Shown here: positions 39,129-48,822 of the stretch, in pieces
How positions within the stretch are numbered: position 1 is the first letter of the stretch
Layout: each line of letters starts with the position of its first letter
DNA from: an uncultured Chloroflexia bacterium
GTDB taxonomy: Bacteria > Chloroflexota > Anaerolineae > JAAYZQ01
Length of the DNA stretch: 64,000 bases
Assembly: GCA_963700285.1 (NCBI GenBank)
Contig: CAVOXA010000005.1
Location: forward strand, 128,001-192,000
Direction: 5' to 3'
Position numbers and translations under genes: made by a program
Notes under the pieces: generated by a model
Seen by the model: the letters and a program-made list of their open reading frames with translations, nothing else
Told to the model about the DNA's origin: nothing
Databases searched by the model: none

Positions 39129-39236
39129 ACCCTTCGGCTTCGCTCAGGGCATGCGTGTCCGGCCTACGAGCAGCAGCGCCCGATGAATCGGGCTTGGGAC
39201 TGATGGAGAAGCCCCGTTTACGGGGCGTAGCTTGGT
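39129..39236. repeat. Cluster of REP-like palindromes between convergent genes
   Basis: CCCTTCGGCTTCGCTCAGGGC, GCCCGATGAATCGGGC and GCCCCGTTTACGGGGC. Confidence 0.6.
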
Positions 39237-39264
39237 AGCGCGGGCGCTTTGCCCGCGTGGCTCC

Positions 39265-40071
39265 TCAGGGTCTCCTGCCGCCCCGATAGCGCTCCGTCCA
39301 GTGCGTCTCTTCCAGGCGCGAGATCTGGACCACCGGCCGCTGGTGCGTCGTGGCATGGATGAAGCGACCCTCGCCCATGTGGAGGCCGACGTGTGTGATC
39401 CGCTCCCCTCCAAAGAACACCAGGTCGCCGGCCTGCAGATCCTCCTTTTCCACTGCCGCCAGATCCGGCTGGGTGAATTGGATGTTGGCATCGCGCAGGA
39501 GCTGCACACCGTGCAGGCCCCAGACCAGTTGCACAAAGCCGGAACAGTCGATGCCCAGTGGCGTGCAGCCTCCCCATAAGTAGGGCAGTCCCAGAAAGCG
39601 CTGAGCTGTGCCAATGACGTCGTCCACGCTCCCCCGCGACCGTGGCTCGCCAGCCGGGATGATCTTTATGTCTCCCCGTTTCAACCAGCGCCCGGGACCG
39701 CCGGGCAGCGCAACGCGCAGCCAGTCCTCCCCCTCCTCGGCCACCTCCAGCCGGCAGCCGATGGTTGCCTGGAGCGCCGGCAGGCGCTTGCTCACCGTCG
39801 GCTCGTGGTAGAGAAAGGCAATGAGGCTGGTGACCTGGCCCACCTGCCCCGACGAGGCATAAGGAACCTGGTCCTCAACGTAGATGCGTACATTGCGGGC
39901 GGGGATCCAGCCCTCATACTGGTCGGGTAACTGGACATAATGCCAACTGCCCTGGCTCTCTTTGATTGTCACCCCCGAACCGAGGACTGCTTGGGTCACC
40001 AGGTCGGCGGTCAGGTCAGGCCGGCTGAAAAGATTGGCGATGCTATCAAGTAGGACACCTTGGGATGGCAT
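39265..40071 (-). CDS. NlpC/P60 (C40) peptidase with SH3-like domains, YkfC/dipeptidyl-peptidase VI-like
   Basis: PYLWGG, GIDCSGFV, GDLVFF, THVG and FIHA motifs; no signal peptide; GAGGAG RBS before ATG 40071. Confidence 0.9.
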   Translation of the reverse strand: MPSQGVLLDSIANLFSRPDLTADLVTQAVLGSGVTIKESQGSWHYVQLPDQYEGWIPARNVRIYVEDQVPYASSGQVGQVTSLIAFLYHEPTVSKRLPALQATIGCRLEVAEEGEDWLRVALPGGPGRWLKRGDIKIIPAGEPRSRGSVDDVIGTAQRFLGLPYLWGGCTPLGIDCSGFVQLVWGLHGVQLLRDANIQFTQPDLAAVEKEDLQAGDLVFFGGERITHVGLHMGEGRFIHATTHQRPVVQISRLEETHWTERYRGGRRP

Positions 40072-40201
40072 TCTCTCCTCCAGATCTGCAATGGAATTCA
40101 CCAAGTATAGCACAGCTCGCTAGCGTGCCCAAACGTGTATGCAATTTGTGTGCACTGTTATGCTATATTGGTTTTAGTCCGGGTTCTCCTCCGGTCAAGC
40201 A

Positions 40202-40258
40202 GGATCCGTGGCCCCGTGGTAACGAGCCAGCCCGCGCATTTGCCGGGGTCACGGATCC
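40202..40258 (+). other. Long stem-loop in the 5' leader of the ThiS/MoaD-like gene
   Basis: GGATCCGTGGCCCCG...CGGGGTCACGGATCC: 15-bp stem with one G-U pair and a 27-nt loop. Confidence 0.45.
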
Positions 40259-40301
40259 GTGGAGAGCGCGCAGGCATCTGTAAGAGAGGAGAAAGTCTAT
40301 C

Positions 40302-40619
40302 ATGGTAGAGATACACTTGTACGGCAAGCTCCGGCAATACAATGGCGGCACCAAGACGGGATCCGACAGCGTCCTCATGCTGGAACCCGGCCCCGACGAA
40401 ACCATCGCCACGCTCCTGGCAGGCGAAGGCATCCCCGTGGAAGAGATCAACCACATCTTTGTCAACGCCAAACTGCTTTCGACCCGTACCTCCATGGGCA
40501 GGTACTATGGTTATCAGCAGGTTGGCGAGAGCCTTTCCCAATGGGACCTGAGCATGCCGGTTGGCCACGGCGACCGGCTCGGCCTCTTTGGCAAGGACAT
40601 GGCGATATTGGGCATGTAG
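40302..40619 (+). CDS. ThiS/MoaD-like beta-grasp protein without C-terminal Gly-Gly
   Basis: VEIHLYGKLR, ETIATLL..GIP, IFVN and GDRLGLF pattern; ends GKDMAILGM. Confidence 0.7.
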   Translation: MVEIHLYGKLRQYNGGTKTGSDSVLMLEPGPDETIATLLAGEGIPVEEINHIFVNAKLLSTRTSMGRYYGYQQVGESLSQWDLSMPVGHGDRLGLFGKDMAILGM

Positions 40620-40655
40620 GTCATTCTCGCACAGGGCTGACCAGTCCTGGCCAGG

Positions 40656-40709
40656 CCTCGGAGGTTGCGAACCTGCCGTTCGTCCGAAACCTCCGAGGTC
40701 TCTTTTTTT
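40656..40709 (+). terminator. Rho-independent terminator built from REP-like units
   Basis: CCTCGGAGGTT...AACCTCCGAGG followed by T7. Confidence 0.65.
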
Positions 40710-40821
40710 GCAGACAAAGGTCGCCTGCCCGGGTATTCAAAGCAGAACCGGAGTCGGGGAGGAGTAAAACGGTAACATCTGGGGTTGATAGCTGGACGGA
40801 GCCCCGGGACGGCAGTTGAAA

Positions 40822-41446
40822 CGAAGCAGAACGGGCACCAAGCTGGGCCAAAGGCTTCCGGCAGGCTAATAGGGCTTGGATCTTGGGCCGAAAAGGGCTG
40901 GGGGCGGGTCAGAAGGTCCGAGGAGCCGTCTCTGGAAGCTTCAAGCAGGATCTACAAGTAGGGGACAACGCGCCACGCGCACAGGCGCTCGCGAGGCGTC
41001 TGGTAGCAGAGAGTTATTCTCAGGTTGAGCCAGCCACCAAGGTCGCTTCGCGTACCAGCCGGGCCAGGGTTGTCAGGGTCGACCAGGTGTCAGCCAGGAA
41101 GGTGAGGGCCTTGCCTCGCAGGCCGCCGTAGACCGGCAGGGGTTTGAGCCCCCACTGCTGGAAGGTAGCATTGCGCGCTCCAGAGGCATTGCGGGCTCGA
41201 TGGTAGAGACGCTTCCAGGCCGGTGAGCCGAAGGATAGGTCGTGGGCCAGGCTTTGGCACAGAACCACTTGTATCGTTGGCGGCTGCCGTCGAAGCCGTT
41301 GGCCATGGAAGCATAACCGAAAGGGCAAATGGGCCGATCATGGAACACCTCCAGAGTGAGATGTCCCATGATCCCATGAGATGGCTCAGCTGCGGAGCTC
41401 GAGGCTGAAAAACTTGGGGTTGATAGCGGGCTTGAGTTCTGCTTCG
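40822..41446 (-). mobile_element. Internally deleted IS remnant (DDE transposase C-terminus)
   Basis: IR CGAAGCAGAAC / GTTCTGCTTCG. RBS+ATG is joined directly to RPICPFGY..NGFD...KWFC and WKRLYHRARNAS.ARN...WGLK segments. About 120 bp recur at 63775. Confidence 0.7.
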
Positions 41447-41467
41447 AAAACCCCCTGAGGGCCATCC

Positions 41468-41496
41468 TTGCCTTTTGAGCCTGGTAGTGGTATACT
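41468..41496 (+). promoter_or_regulatory. Sigma70-like promoter for the MFS gene
   Basis: TTGCCT-17 nt-TATACT with TG extension. Confidence 0.65.
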
Positions 41497-41524
41497 CCGA
41501 GCCGTTCAAATCGGAGCTGATTCT

Positions 41525-42820
41525 ATGGCCAAAACCTACATCGCGAACCTTCGCCTGCTCAGCCGGGACGTGCGTCTGTTTCTCGTGGCCACGGCTCTCA
41601 TTGGCTTTTCCTGGGACGGCATCCGTACTGTCTTGCTCAACCTCTACCTGCTGCGCCTGGACTATGGTCCTGAAACCGTTGGCGTGATCAACGGGATCGG
41701 GGCCTCTGCTTTTGCCCTGGTGAGTTTGCCTGCCGGCCTGTTGGGTGCCCGCCTGGGCAGCCGGCACATGATCCTGGTTGGCGTGACGCTGATGGCGGCC
41801 GGGCTGGGGTTGCTGCCTCTGGTCGAACTCTTGCCGGAAGCGTGGCGGGTAGCCTGGCTGTCGGCGGCGACTGTACTCACCTACCTGGGCCTGGTCCTGT
41901 ACTATGTGAACAGCCTGCCCTTTCTGATGGGGGCCACTGGACGGGAAGAGCGCGACTATGCCTTTGCCGCCCAGATAGCCCTGATGCCGCTGGCGGGCTT
42001 TGCCGGCAGCCTCGTGGCTGGTTTCTTGCCGGGGCTGGTGGCAGGGATTTTGGGGGTATCGCCCCAAGACCCGGCGGCCTATCGCTACCCCCTGCTATTG
42101 GCAGCCGTGATGTTGGTGCCCGGGATCCTGGCACTGATACCCGCGAGCGAGATCGTTGCCGACGAGGGAGAAAGTGCCAGGGCCAAGGCCGCGGAAGAGG
42201 AGGCGGCCGACCGCCGTAGCAGCCGGCCGCCCTATGCGCTCATCGTCATGATGGTCCTGGTCGTGGGGCTGCGTTTTGCCGGCAGGGGGCCGCTCATGAC
42301 CTTCTTTAACGTTTACCTGGACGACGCCCTGGGCGTGCCTACGGTCGTGATCGGGTCGCTCATCGCGATGGGGCAGTTTGTCTCCGTGCCGGCCGCGCTG
42401 CTGGCTCCGCTGGGCGCCGCCCGCTGGGGCAATGGCCGGATGATCTCCTGGGGCACCATGGGCGTGGCTCTAGCCATGCTGCCGCTGGCGCTGATCCCTC
42501 AATGGTGGGTGGCGGGCGCCGGTTTTGTGGGAGCCATCGCCATGTTCTCCGCGTCTACGGGGCCCATCCGCGTCTACAGCCAGAACCTGGTCACCCGGCG
42601 CTGGTGGGGGGCAATGTCCGGCGCGGTGATGATGGGTTCGGGGCTCGGCTTGGCCATCACGACCTTGATCGGCGGTTTTGCCGCCGCCGCGTTGGGCTAT
42701 CGCGCCCTGTTCCTCGTCGGTGCGGGCCTGGTGGCCGCCGGTGCTGTCTCTTTCTGGGCCTATTTCCGTGTTCCCAGGGGCGAGCTGGCCCGCCGTTCAT
42801 CCGGCCCTCCGACCGCGTAG
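41525..42820 (+). CDS. MFS transporter
   Basis: About 12 TM segments; LNLYLLRL and LPAGLLGARLGSR (motif A-like). Confidence 0.88.
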   Translation: MAKTYIANLRLLSRDVRLFLVATALIGFSWDGIRTVLLNLYLLRLDYGPETVGVINGIGASAFALVSLPAGLLGARLGSRHMILVGVTLMAAGLGLLPLVELLPEAWRVAWLSAATVLTYLGLVLYYVNSLPFLMGATGREERDYAFAAQIALMPLAGFAGSLVAGFLPGLVAGILGVSPQDPAAYRYPLLLAAVMLVPGILALIPASEIVADEGESARAKAAEEEAADRRSSRPPYALIVMMVLVVGLRFAGRGPLMTFFNVYLDDALGVPTVVIGSLIAMGQFVSVPAALLAPLGAARWGNGRMISWGTMGVALAMLPLALIPQWWVAGAGFVGAIAMFSASTGPIRVYSQNLVTRRWWGAMSGAVMMGSGLGLAITTLIGGFAAAALGYRALFLVGAGLVAAGAVSFWAYFRVPRGELARRSSGPPTA

Positions 42821-42847
42821 CGCCATGGACGCAGGGAGTGAAGCGTC

Positions 42848-43801
42848 ATGCGTCTAGCGGTTCTGGCCGATACCCACGGCAACTTGCCCGCTCTGGAGGC
42901 CGTCCTGGCCGATGCCGGGGAATGGGCTGTGGATGGCTACCTGGTCGCCGGCGACATCAGCGGCGGGCCGCGGGCCGGGGAGACCATCGCCCGGCTGCGA
43001 TCCCTGAACGGCTGCCTGATCCGGGGCAATGGCGAGGAATACGTGCTGGACTACCACGCGGGGCGGGCTCCCGCTTCCTGGTACACCGGCGAATTGTGGT
43101 CCAACCTGCGCTGGTCCTACCAGCGGCTCGACCGGGACGACCTGGCGCTCATCGCCGGCCTGCCGGACCAACGGCTTGTGTCCGTGAATGGCGCCGCCCC
43201 CATCCGCATGGTCCACGGCACACCCTGGAGCACGCGCGAGTTCCTGTACCCGGACAGCGACCCGGTGGCGTTAGAAGCTTTTGGACGTGCCGGATTGCTC
43301 CCGGATGACCACCAGGTGCCCCGCCTGATGGACGTGCTTTCTGGATGCCAGGAAGCCGTGCTGGTCTGCGCGCACTCGCACATCCCCTGGAACCAGGAGA
43401 GCGACGAGCTGTTGGTGGTCAACCCCGGCTCGGTGGGAGCGCCCAACAACGGCGACGCCCGGGCCCAGTACGCCATATTGACCTGGCAAGGGGGACGCTG
43501 GCATGCGACGCTGAGGGCGGTCGCCTATGATCTGGACAGGATCCGGGCGGCCTATCGTGACAGCGGGCTTCTCGCTGCCGGTGGCGTGATGGCCGAGGCT
43601 TTTCTGCTGGGTATCGTTACGGGTGAGAACATACCGGGCCGCTTTGTCGCCAGCGTTCGGCGCCTGGCCGCCGAGGCCAGGTGCGAGCCACACGATCCGG
43701 TGCCCGACGAGGTCTGGCTGGCGGCCATCGCGGCCTTTGATTGGGGCGACGGCCAGGCCGCCGTCGCCGTCCATATGGAGAGAACCAAGGCAGCGGGGTA
43801 G
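42848..43801 (+). CDS. Metallophosphoesterase (calcineurin-like)
   Basis: ADTHGN, AGD, RGNGE, VHG, AHSH and NPGSVG motifs. Confidence 0.9.
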   Translation: MRLAVLADTHGNLPALEAVLADAGEWAVDGYLVAGDISGGPRAGETIARLRSLNGCLIRGNGEEYVLDYHAGRAPASWYTGELWSNLRWSYQRLDRDDLALIAGLPDQRLVSVNGAAPIRMVHGTPWSTREFLYPDSDPVALEAFGRAGLLPDDHQVPRLMDVLSGCQEAVLVCAHSHIPWNQESDELLVVNPGSVGAPNNGDARAQYAILTWQGGRWHATLRAVAYDLDRIRAAYRDSGLLAAGGVMAEAFLLGIVTGENIPGRFVASVRRLAAEARCEPHDPVPDEVWLAAIAAFDWGDGQAAVAVHMERTKAAG

Positions 43802-43840
43802 GCCAGCGCCCTGCTGACAAACAAGATCTGGAGGACTTGC

Positions 43841-44719
43841 ATGAAGCCAGACTATGAGCAATTGCGGGCGGACCTTCACCGGGTCTACAAGGAAGAGCAC
43901 GATGCGCTGGATGAGGCCGCGACCCTTTGCCTTCTGGAAGAGGGCCGTCGCTGGAATCTGGCGCCCACACTGGAGGCCGGCGGCGTACTGGTCTTTGCCC
44001 ACGCAGGGGTCAACGATTGCGGCCACCAGGCGGCTGCTGCCATCCACGCCTGTCTCGACAGTGGCGCCGACCGGGTGCTTCTCGTCTGCGTGCTGCACTC
44101 TTTGAGCGAGGAGATGGAGCTGGCCCGGGTGCGCGTTGCCCAGGGCGGGGATCTGGCCCAGGAGCCTCTGCGCGGCATCCAGGGCCCAGGGCTGGCCGGC
44201 CGCGAGGAGTGGCGCTGGGACCACTCTCTGTACAGCTTTTACCTCCTCTGGGAGGCCGAGTTGGCTCGCCGCGGCATCGAGGGCCCAAAAGTCATCGTCC
44301 GCTATCCCTATCTGGCGGGCGGCAGGCCGGACACCCTGCCGGGGATCGAAGAACTGGAAGAGATCGCCCGGGACGCCGTGGTCATTTCCACGGCCGACTC
44401 TTTTCACCATGGCATCAGCTATGGCGATCCCGCGGACAAGGCTTTCTTCCCGGCAACGGGTGGCCTGGCTCTGGCCCGATCCCGTATCCAGGAGGGGATC
44501 GATCTGTTGGCCAGGGGCGACTATTGGGGCTACAACCAGCACTGTGTCAGCGCCAAGAGCGACGCGCGCGATGCCGGCCAGGTCTTTCGCTACCTGCGCG
44601 GCCCCATGTCGGGTACCATCCTGGATCTGACCTACACCGACACCACCGATCTCTACAACGCTCCGGCGCCATCCTGGGTCGCGGCGGCCATGGTCGACTG
44701 GATGCCTCTTGGCAAATAG
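43841..44719 (+). CDS. Hypothetical protein, possibly Memo/LigB-like fold
   Basis: GGAGG RBS; FAHAG...GHQAAAA and STADSFHHG resemble the Memo-type PHAG and SSDxSH motifs. Confidence 0.55.
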   Translation: MKPDYEQLRADLHRVYKEEHDALDEAATLCLLEEGRRWNLAPTLEAGGVLVFAHAGVNDCGHQAAAAIHACLDSGADRVLLVCVLHSLSEEMELARVRVAQGGDLAQEPLRGIQGPGLAGREEWRWDHSLYSFYLLWEAELARRGIEGPKVIVRYPYLAGGRPDTLPGIEELEEIARDAVVISTADSFHHGISYGDPADKAFFPATGGLALARSRIQEGIDLLARGDYWGYNQHCVSAKSDARDAGQVFRYLRGPMSGTILDLTYTDTTDLYNAPAPSWVAAAMVDWMPLGK

Positions 44720-44835
44720 TACGAGCTTGTTGGCTCTAGCGGGCATCCACCCTGCGGAGGTCACGGTTGCTGGTGGCGTGGATTCCCGCCAAAAGCCTGC
44801 GGGAATGACAGGGCAGCGTCGATCGGCCGGAGCAC

Positions 44836-44864
44836 TTGACCCGGCGCGCGTTTGGCGGTATACT
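44836..44864 (+). promoter_or_regulatory. Sigma70-like promoter
   Basis: TTGACC-17 nt-TATACT. Confidence 0.6.
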
Positions 44865-44964
44865 GGAGAAGCAAGCATTCGGGTTGTAGTTCGCTGTGGG
44901 CGTTTTGCCATCGAGTGGGCGCCTGTGCGGCCAACTGCGGGCGTCGAGAGAGGAGATGCTTCGC

Positions 44965-45468
44965 ATGAGCAGTGAGATCTGTCTCCCTCCCATCCAGGTC
45001 AATACCTACATCGCCGTTCCGCCTCCGCGCGTCTACGAGGCCCTGACCACGGGTTTGGTATGGGATGCCTGGTTTACCCAGGGCACGGAGGTAGAGGCCC
45101 GGCCAGGTGGCACCATTCTCTTCCGCTGGGTAGAGGCCCAGGTCGACCGCTACACGGCGACAGCCGGTGGCCCGGTGCTGGAAGCGGATCCGCCGCGCCG
45201 CTTTGTCTTTCAGTGGACGCCCGGCGACAGCACCACGACCATCGAGTTCGATCTCGAGCCGCTGGGACCCGGTACCAAACTGTTGGTGAAGGAGAGCGGC
45301 CACGAGGTGACCCAGAAGGACGTGGAGGCGCTGGTCGATTGCGCGGCGGGCTGGGGTGAGGCGCTGGCACTGCTCAAGTTCTACCTGGAGTACGACGTAA
45401 CCTATGGAGAGGTTCCCCACGGGGAACCTGTCTCCCAGACGGCGCGCGCCGGCGATCCGGCGCGCTAG
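44965..45468 (+). CDS. SRPBCC/AHSA1-like ligand-binding protein
   Basis: IAVPPPRVYEALT, WF, ARPGG, PPRRFVFQW and GW...L..LK.YLE pattern. Confidence 0.85.
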   Translation: MSSEICLPPIQVNTYIAVPPPRVYEALTTGLVWDAWFTQGTEVEARPGGTILFRWVEAQVDRYTATAGGPVLEADPPRRFVFQWTPGDSTTTIEFDLEPLGPGTKLLVKESGHEVTQKDVEALVDCAAGWGEALALLKFYLEYDVTYGEVPHGEPVSQTARAGDPAR

Positions 45469-45485
45469 AAAAGAGTCTGCCAGCC

Positions 45486-46181
45486 ATGATCGAGTTGGTT
45501 GTCTTTGACACGGCCGGGACGACGGTAGAGGATGGGGGCCAGGTCTTCAATGCCTTCAGGGATGCCCTGGGCCGGCAGCAGATCGCCGTCACGGAGGCGG
45601 ACCTCCGACCGTGGCGAGGCGCCTCCAAGCGCAGCGTTCTGCGTGCCTTTGTCGAGCGGCAGTGGGGCCCCCAGGCCGCGGGCAACGACCAGCGCGTCGA
45701 AGAAGCCTACGCCGTGTTTCAAAGCAGCCTGGAGCAAGGGTTTGGCCGGGCTGACTTGCGGCCCATCCCCGGGACGGGGGCGACTTTTGAGTGGCTGCGG
45801 GCGCGCGGGATCAAGATCGCGCTGACGACCGGGTTCTACCGGCGGGTGGCGGACCCCATCCTGGAGCGGATGGGCTGGACCAACGGCGCCATTGATGCCA
45901 GCATCTGCAGCGATGACGTGGCGCAGGGCCGGCCAGCGCCCTATATGATCTTCCGCGCCATGGAGGCCACGGGCGCGCTGGACGTGCGCCGGGTCGCCAA
46001 GGTGGGCGATACGCTGCTCGATCTGCAGGCTGGCCGGAATGCCGGGGCCGGGCTGCTGGTGGGTGTGCTCTCTGGCAGCGGTACCCGCGAGGCATTGGAG
46101 CGGGTTGAGGGCGCGCGGATCATGGCCAGCGTCGCGGACCTACCCGCACTGCTGGATCAAGGGCCAACCGCTGGCAAATAG
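45486..46181 (+). CDS. HAD-family hydrolase, phosphonatase-like
   Basis: FDTAGTTV, TTGF, GRPAPYMI and KVGDT..D motifs. Confidence 0.88.
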   Translation: MIELVVFDTAGTTVEDGGQVFNAFRDALGRQQIAVTEADLRPWRGASKRSVLRAFVERQWGPQAAGNDQRVEEAYAVFQSSLEQGFGRADLRPIPGTGATFEWLRARGIKIALTTGFYRRVADPILERMGWTNGAIDASICSDDVAQGRPAPYMIFRAMEATGALDVRRVAKVGDTLLDLQAGRNAGAGLLVGVLSGSGTREALERVEGARIMASVADLPALLDQGPTAGK

Positions 46182-46248
46182 TCACAGCCGGCCTGCAGCC
46201 AGATGCCGGAAGCCCACATACACCTCCGGCGCCCGGAAGGTACCGTGT

Positions 46249-46608
46249 ATGGACAAGGTCAGCCTGGCCGAAAAGTTTGGCTTGTTTGACGACCATTGGT
46301 CGCCCAAGATCGTGGGCGAACTCAATGGACAGCACGTTCTCCTGGCCAAGGTGCGCGGCGAGTTCATCTGGCACCAGCACGAGGCGCAGGATGAGATGTT
46401 CCTGGTCGTCAAGGGCCGCGTGACCATCCATTTCCGGGACAGAGACGCCGTCCTGGAAGAGGGTGAGTTCATCGTTGTGCCCCGGGGCGTGGAGCACAAG
46501 CCGGCCGCCGAAGAAGAGGCACAGATCCTGCTGTTTGAACCCCAGGACACGGCGCATACGGGCAATGTCCGCTCCGAAAAGACCGTGGACAGATTCGAAA
46601 GGATCTAG
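46249..46608 (+). CDS. Cupin domain protein
   Basis: WSPKIVGELN, FIWHQH...DE and VPRGVEHKP motifs. Confidence 0.88.
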   Translation: MDKVSLAEKFGLFDDHWSPKIVGELNGQHVLLAKVRGEFIWHQHEAQDEMFLVVKGRVTIHFRDRDAVLEEGEFIVVPRGVEHKPAAEEEAQILLFEPQDTAHTGNVRSEKTVDRFERI

Positions 46609-46628
46609 GCGCGAGCCTGCTCCAGCCA

Positions 46629-47924
46629 ATGATTGGTGCCTATCTGGGAAAGCTGCGGCTCTTCAACCGGGATGTCCAGCTCTACCTGTTTACCTCGATC
46701 TTGCGTGGCTTTGCCTGGGACGGCATCCGCGTCGTCCTGTTTAACCTCTACCTCCTGCGCCTGGGCTACGGCCCAGAGTTCATCGGTGTGGTGAACGGGG
46801 CGGGAGCCCTGGCCTTCTCGCTCTTTTGCCTGCCCGCGGGCTTGCTGGACCGGAGGTGGGGCAGCAGGCGACTGCTCATCGCCGGACTGAGCATGTCGGC
46901 GGTGGGGCTGATTCTGCTGCCGCTGGCCGAGTTCGTACCGGCGGCCTGGCAGGCGGGCTGGCTGGGGGGCCTGTACGTCGTGGTCAATCTCGGTTTTGCC
47001 CTGTACTTTGTGAATGGCCTGCCCTTCTTGATGAGCGCGACGGGGCCCGAGGAACGGCACTATGCCTTTTCCGTGCACATCGCGCTGGTGCCCCTGGCCG
47101 CGTTTGCCGGCAGCCTGGTCGGTGGCGTGCTGCCGGGGCTGACTTCCGTGTTGTTGGGCGTGACCACACAGGATCCGGCGGCGTATCGGACCTCGATCTG
47201 GTTGGCCGGCCTGGCCATGATCCCCGCCGTCTGGGCCATGCTGGCGACGCGTCCGGCGCATGCCCGGCGGGGCAGCGTAGGCGTGGCCAAGGCGCCAATG
47301 GGCCTGGGCGCCATAGCCAGCGTCCGGAGTATCGTTCCCTACGCGCTGATCATCATACTTTCGGTGGTCGTGATGCTGCGTTTTGGGGCCTGGGCCGCCC
47401 TGACTACCTTCTTGAACGTCTATCTGGACGATGCGCTCTCCGCCTCGACGGTGCTCATTGGCTTGCTGGCGGCTGCCGCGCAACTGGCCGCCGTGCCTGC
47501 CGCCCTCGCCGCCCCGCTGGCAGTCGAGCGCTGGGGCAATGGACGGGTCATTACTCTGGGCTCGTTGGCCATGGGGTTGGTTATGCTGCCCCTGGCCCTC
47601 GTTCCCCATTGGAGCGTGGCCGGACTCGGCTACCTGGGCGCGTCCATCGCCTACTATTTGACGACTGGCCCCATCCGCGTCTACAGCCAGGAGATCGTCT
47701 CACCGGCCTGGCGGGGGACCATGTCCGGTGCGCTGGGTCTGGGGGCGGGACTGGGCAGGTCGGCCGTGGCGCTTGCCGGCGGATTTGCCATTGCCGCGCT
47801 GGGCTACCCCAGCGTCTTTCTGGCCGGCGCAGCGATGGCCGTGGCCGGCGCGCTGCTTTACTGGGCCTACTTTCGTTTCCCACGCGGCGAGCTGGCTCGC
47901 CAGGGCGCCGCAGCAGGGGACTGA
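46629..47924 (+). CDS. MFS transporter, paralog of 41525-42820
   Basis: Collinear with the upstream MFS (WDGIR, NLYLLRL, GPIRVYSQ, PRGELAR). Confidence 0.88.
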   Translation: MIGAYLGKLRLFNRDVQLYLFTSILRGFAWDGIRVVLFNLYLLRLGYGPEFIGVVNGAGALAFSLFCLPAGLLDRRWGSRRLLIAGLSMSAVGLILLPLAEFVPAAWQAGWLGGLYVVVNLGFALYFVNGLPFLMSATGPEERHYAFSVHIALVPLAAFAGSLVGGVLPGLTSVLLGVTTQDPAAYRTSIWLAGLAMIPAVWAMLATRPAHARRGSVGVAKAPMGLGAIASVRSIVPYALIIILSVVVMLRFGAWAALTTFLNVYLDDALSASTVLIGLLAAAAQLAAVPAALAAPLAVERWGNGRVITLGSLAMGLVMLPLALVPHWSVAGLGYLGASIAYYLTTGPIRVYSQEIVSPAWRGTMSGALGLGAGLGRSAVALAGGFAIAALGYPSVFLAGAAMAVAGALLYWAYFRFPRGELARQGAAAGD

Positions 47925-48082
47925 GGCTGGGCGATCCGCCCGCTGGTAGGCACTGGCTACTGCCCTACTACTGGTTGACTCTGCCCTGCAGTGGGGTACC
48001 AGAACAGGACAGAAAACTGCGGGAGGATGGGCCGGCAGGTGCAGTTCATCGAAGTGTGGTTCTCAGGAAAGGATAGTGGAAT

Positions 48083-48682
48083 ATGGACAGGCTAGTCTAT
48101 CTGATCACCCATCCCGATGTGATCGTCGATCCGGAGGTCCCTGTATCCAGGTGGCCGCTGTCGGCGCTGGGCAGGGCGCGCATGGAACGGATGCTGCAGA
48201 AACCCTGGGTCCAGGGCATCGGCGCGGTCTATAGCAGTACCGAGCAAAAGGCCGTGGACGGCGCCCAGATCCTGGCATCGTACCTGGGCCTGCGTTTTGA
48301 GATGGTCGAGGATCTGGGCGAGGTCGACCGTTCAGCGACCGGCTATCTTCCAGCCGGCGAGCACCAGGCAGCCGCTGCCTTGCTCTTTGCCCGGCCCGAC
48401 GAGAGCGTTCGAGGCTGGGAGACGGCGCGAGATGCGCAGAAGCGCATGGTTGCTGCCGTCGACGCTGTCCTTGACGCTGCGATGGCAGGGGGCGATGTGG
48501 CCATTGTAACGCACGGAGGCGTGGGCGCTCTGTATCTCTGCCATCTAAAAGGGATCGAGATCGATAGGGGCCAGGAGGCGCCGCATCCAGGGGGCGGCTG
48601 TTACTATTGCTTTGATGCGGCCTCACGGGCCCTGGTCCATGGCTGGAGGACCATCGATGGCAAGGTATGGCGGGTGGGCTGA
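48083..48682 (+). CDS. Histidine phosphatase superfamily protein
   Basis: LITHP (RHG-equivalent), WPLS..G, YSS.E.KA, L.E and VTHGG motifs. Confidence 0.8.
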   Translation: MDRLVYLITHPDVIVDPEVPVSRWPLSALGRARMERMLQKPWVQGIGAVYSSTEQKAVDGAQILASYLGLRFEMVEDLGEVDRSATGYLPAGEHQAAAALLFARPDESVRGWETARDAQKRMVAAVDAVLDAAMAGGDVAIVTHGGVGALYLCHLKGIEIDRGQEAPHPGGGCYYCFDAASRALVHGWRTIDGKVWRVG

Positions 48683-48822
48683 ACCACAAGGTGCTCGACC
48701 TTGACGTACCCAACGGCGCGGTCATCTGCAGTCGAACTCGCCTTCTCACTGCTGCGGGCAAAGACCTGGCAGCGTTGGGTAGGGGCACGGCCCCGTCAGC
48801 CGGAAGCCATGTGGAGCCCGTG

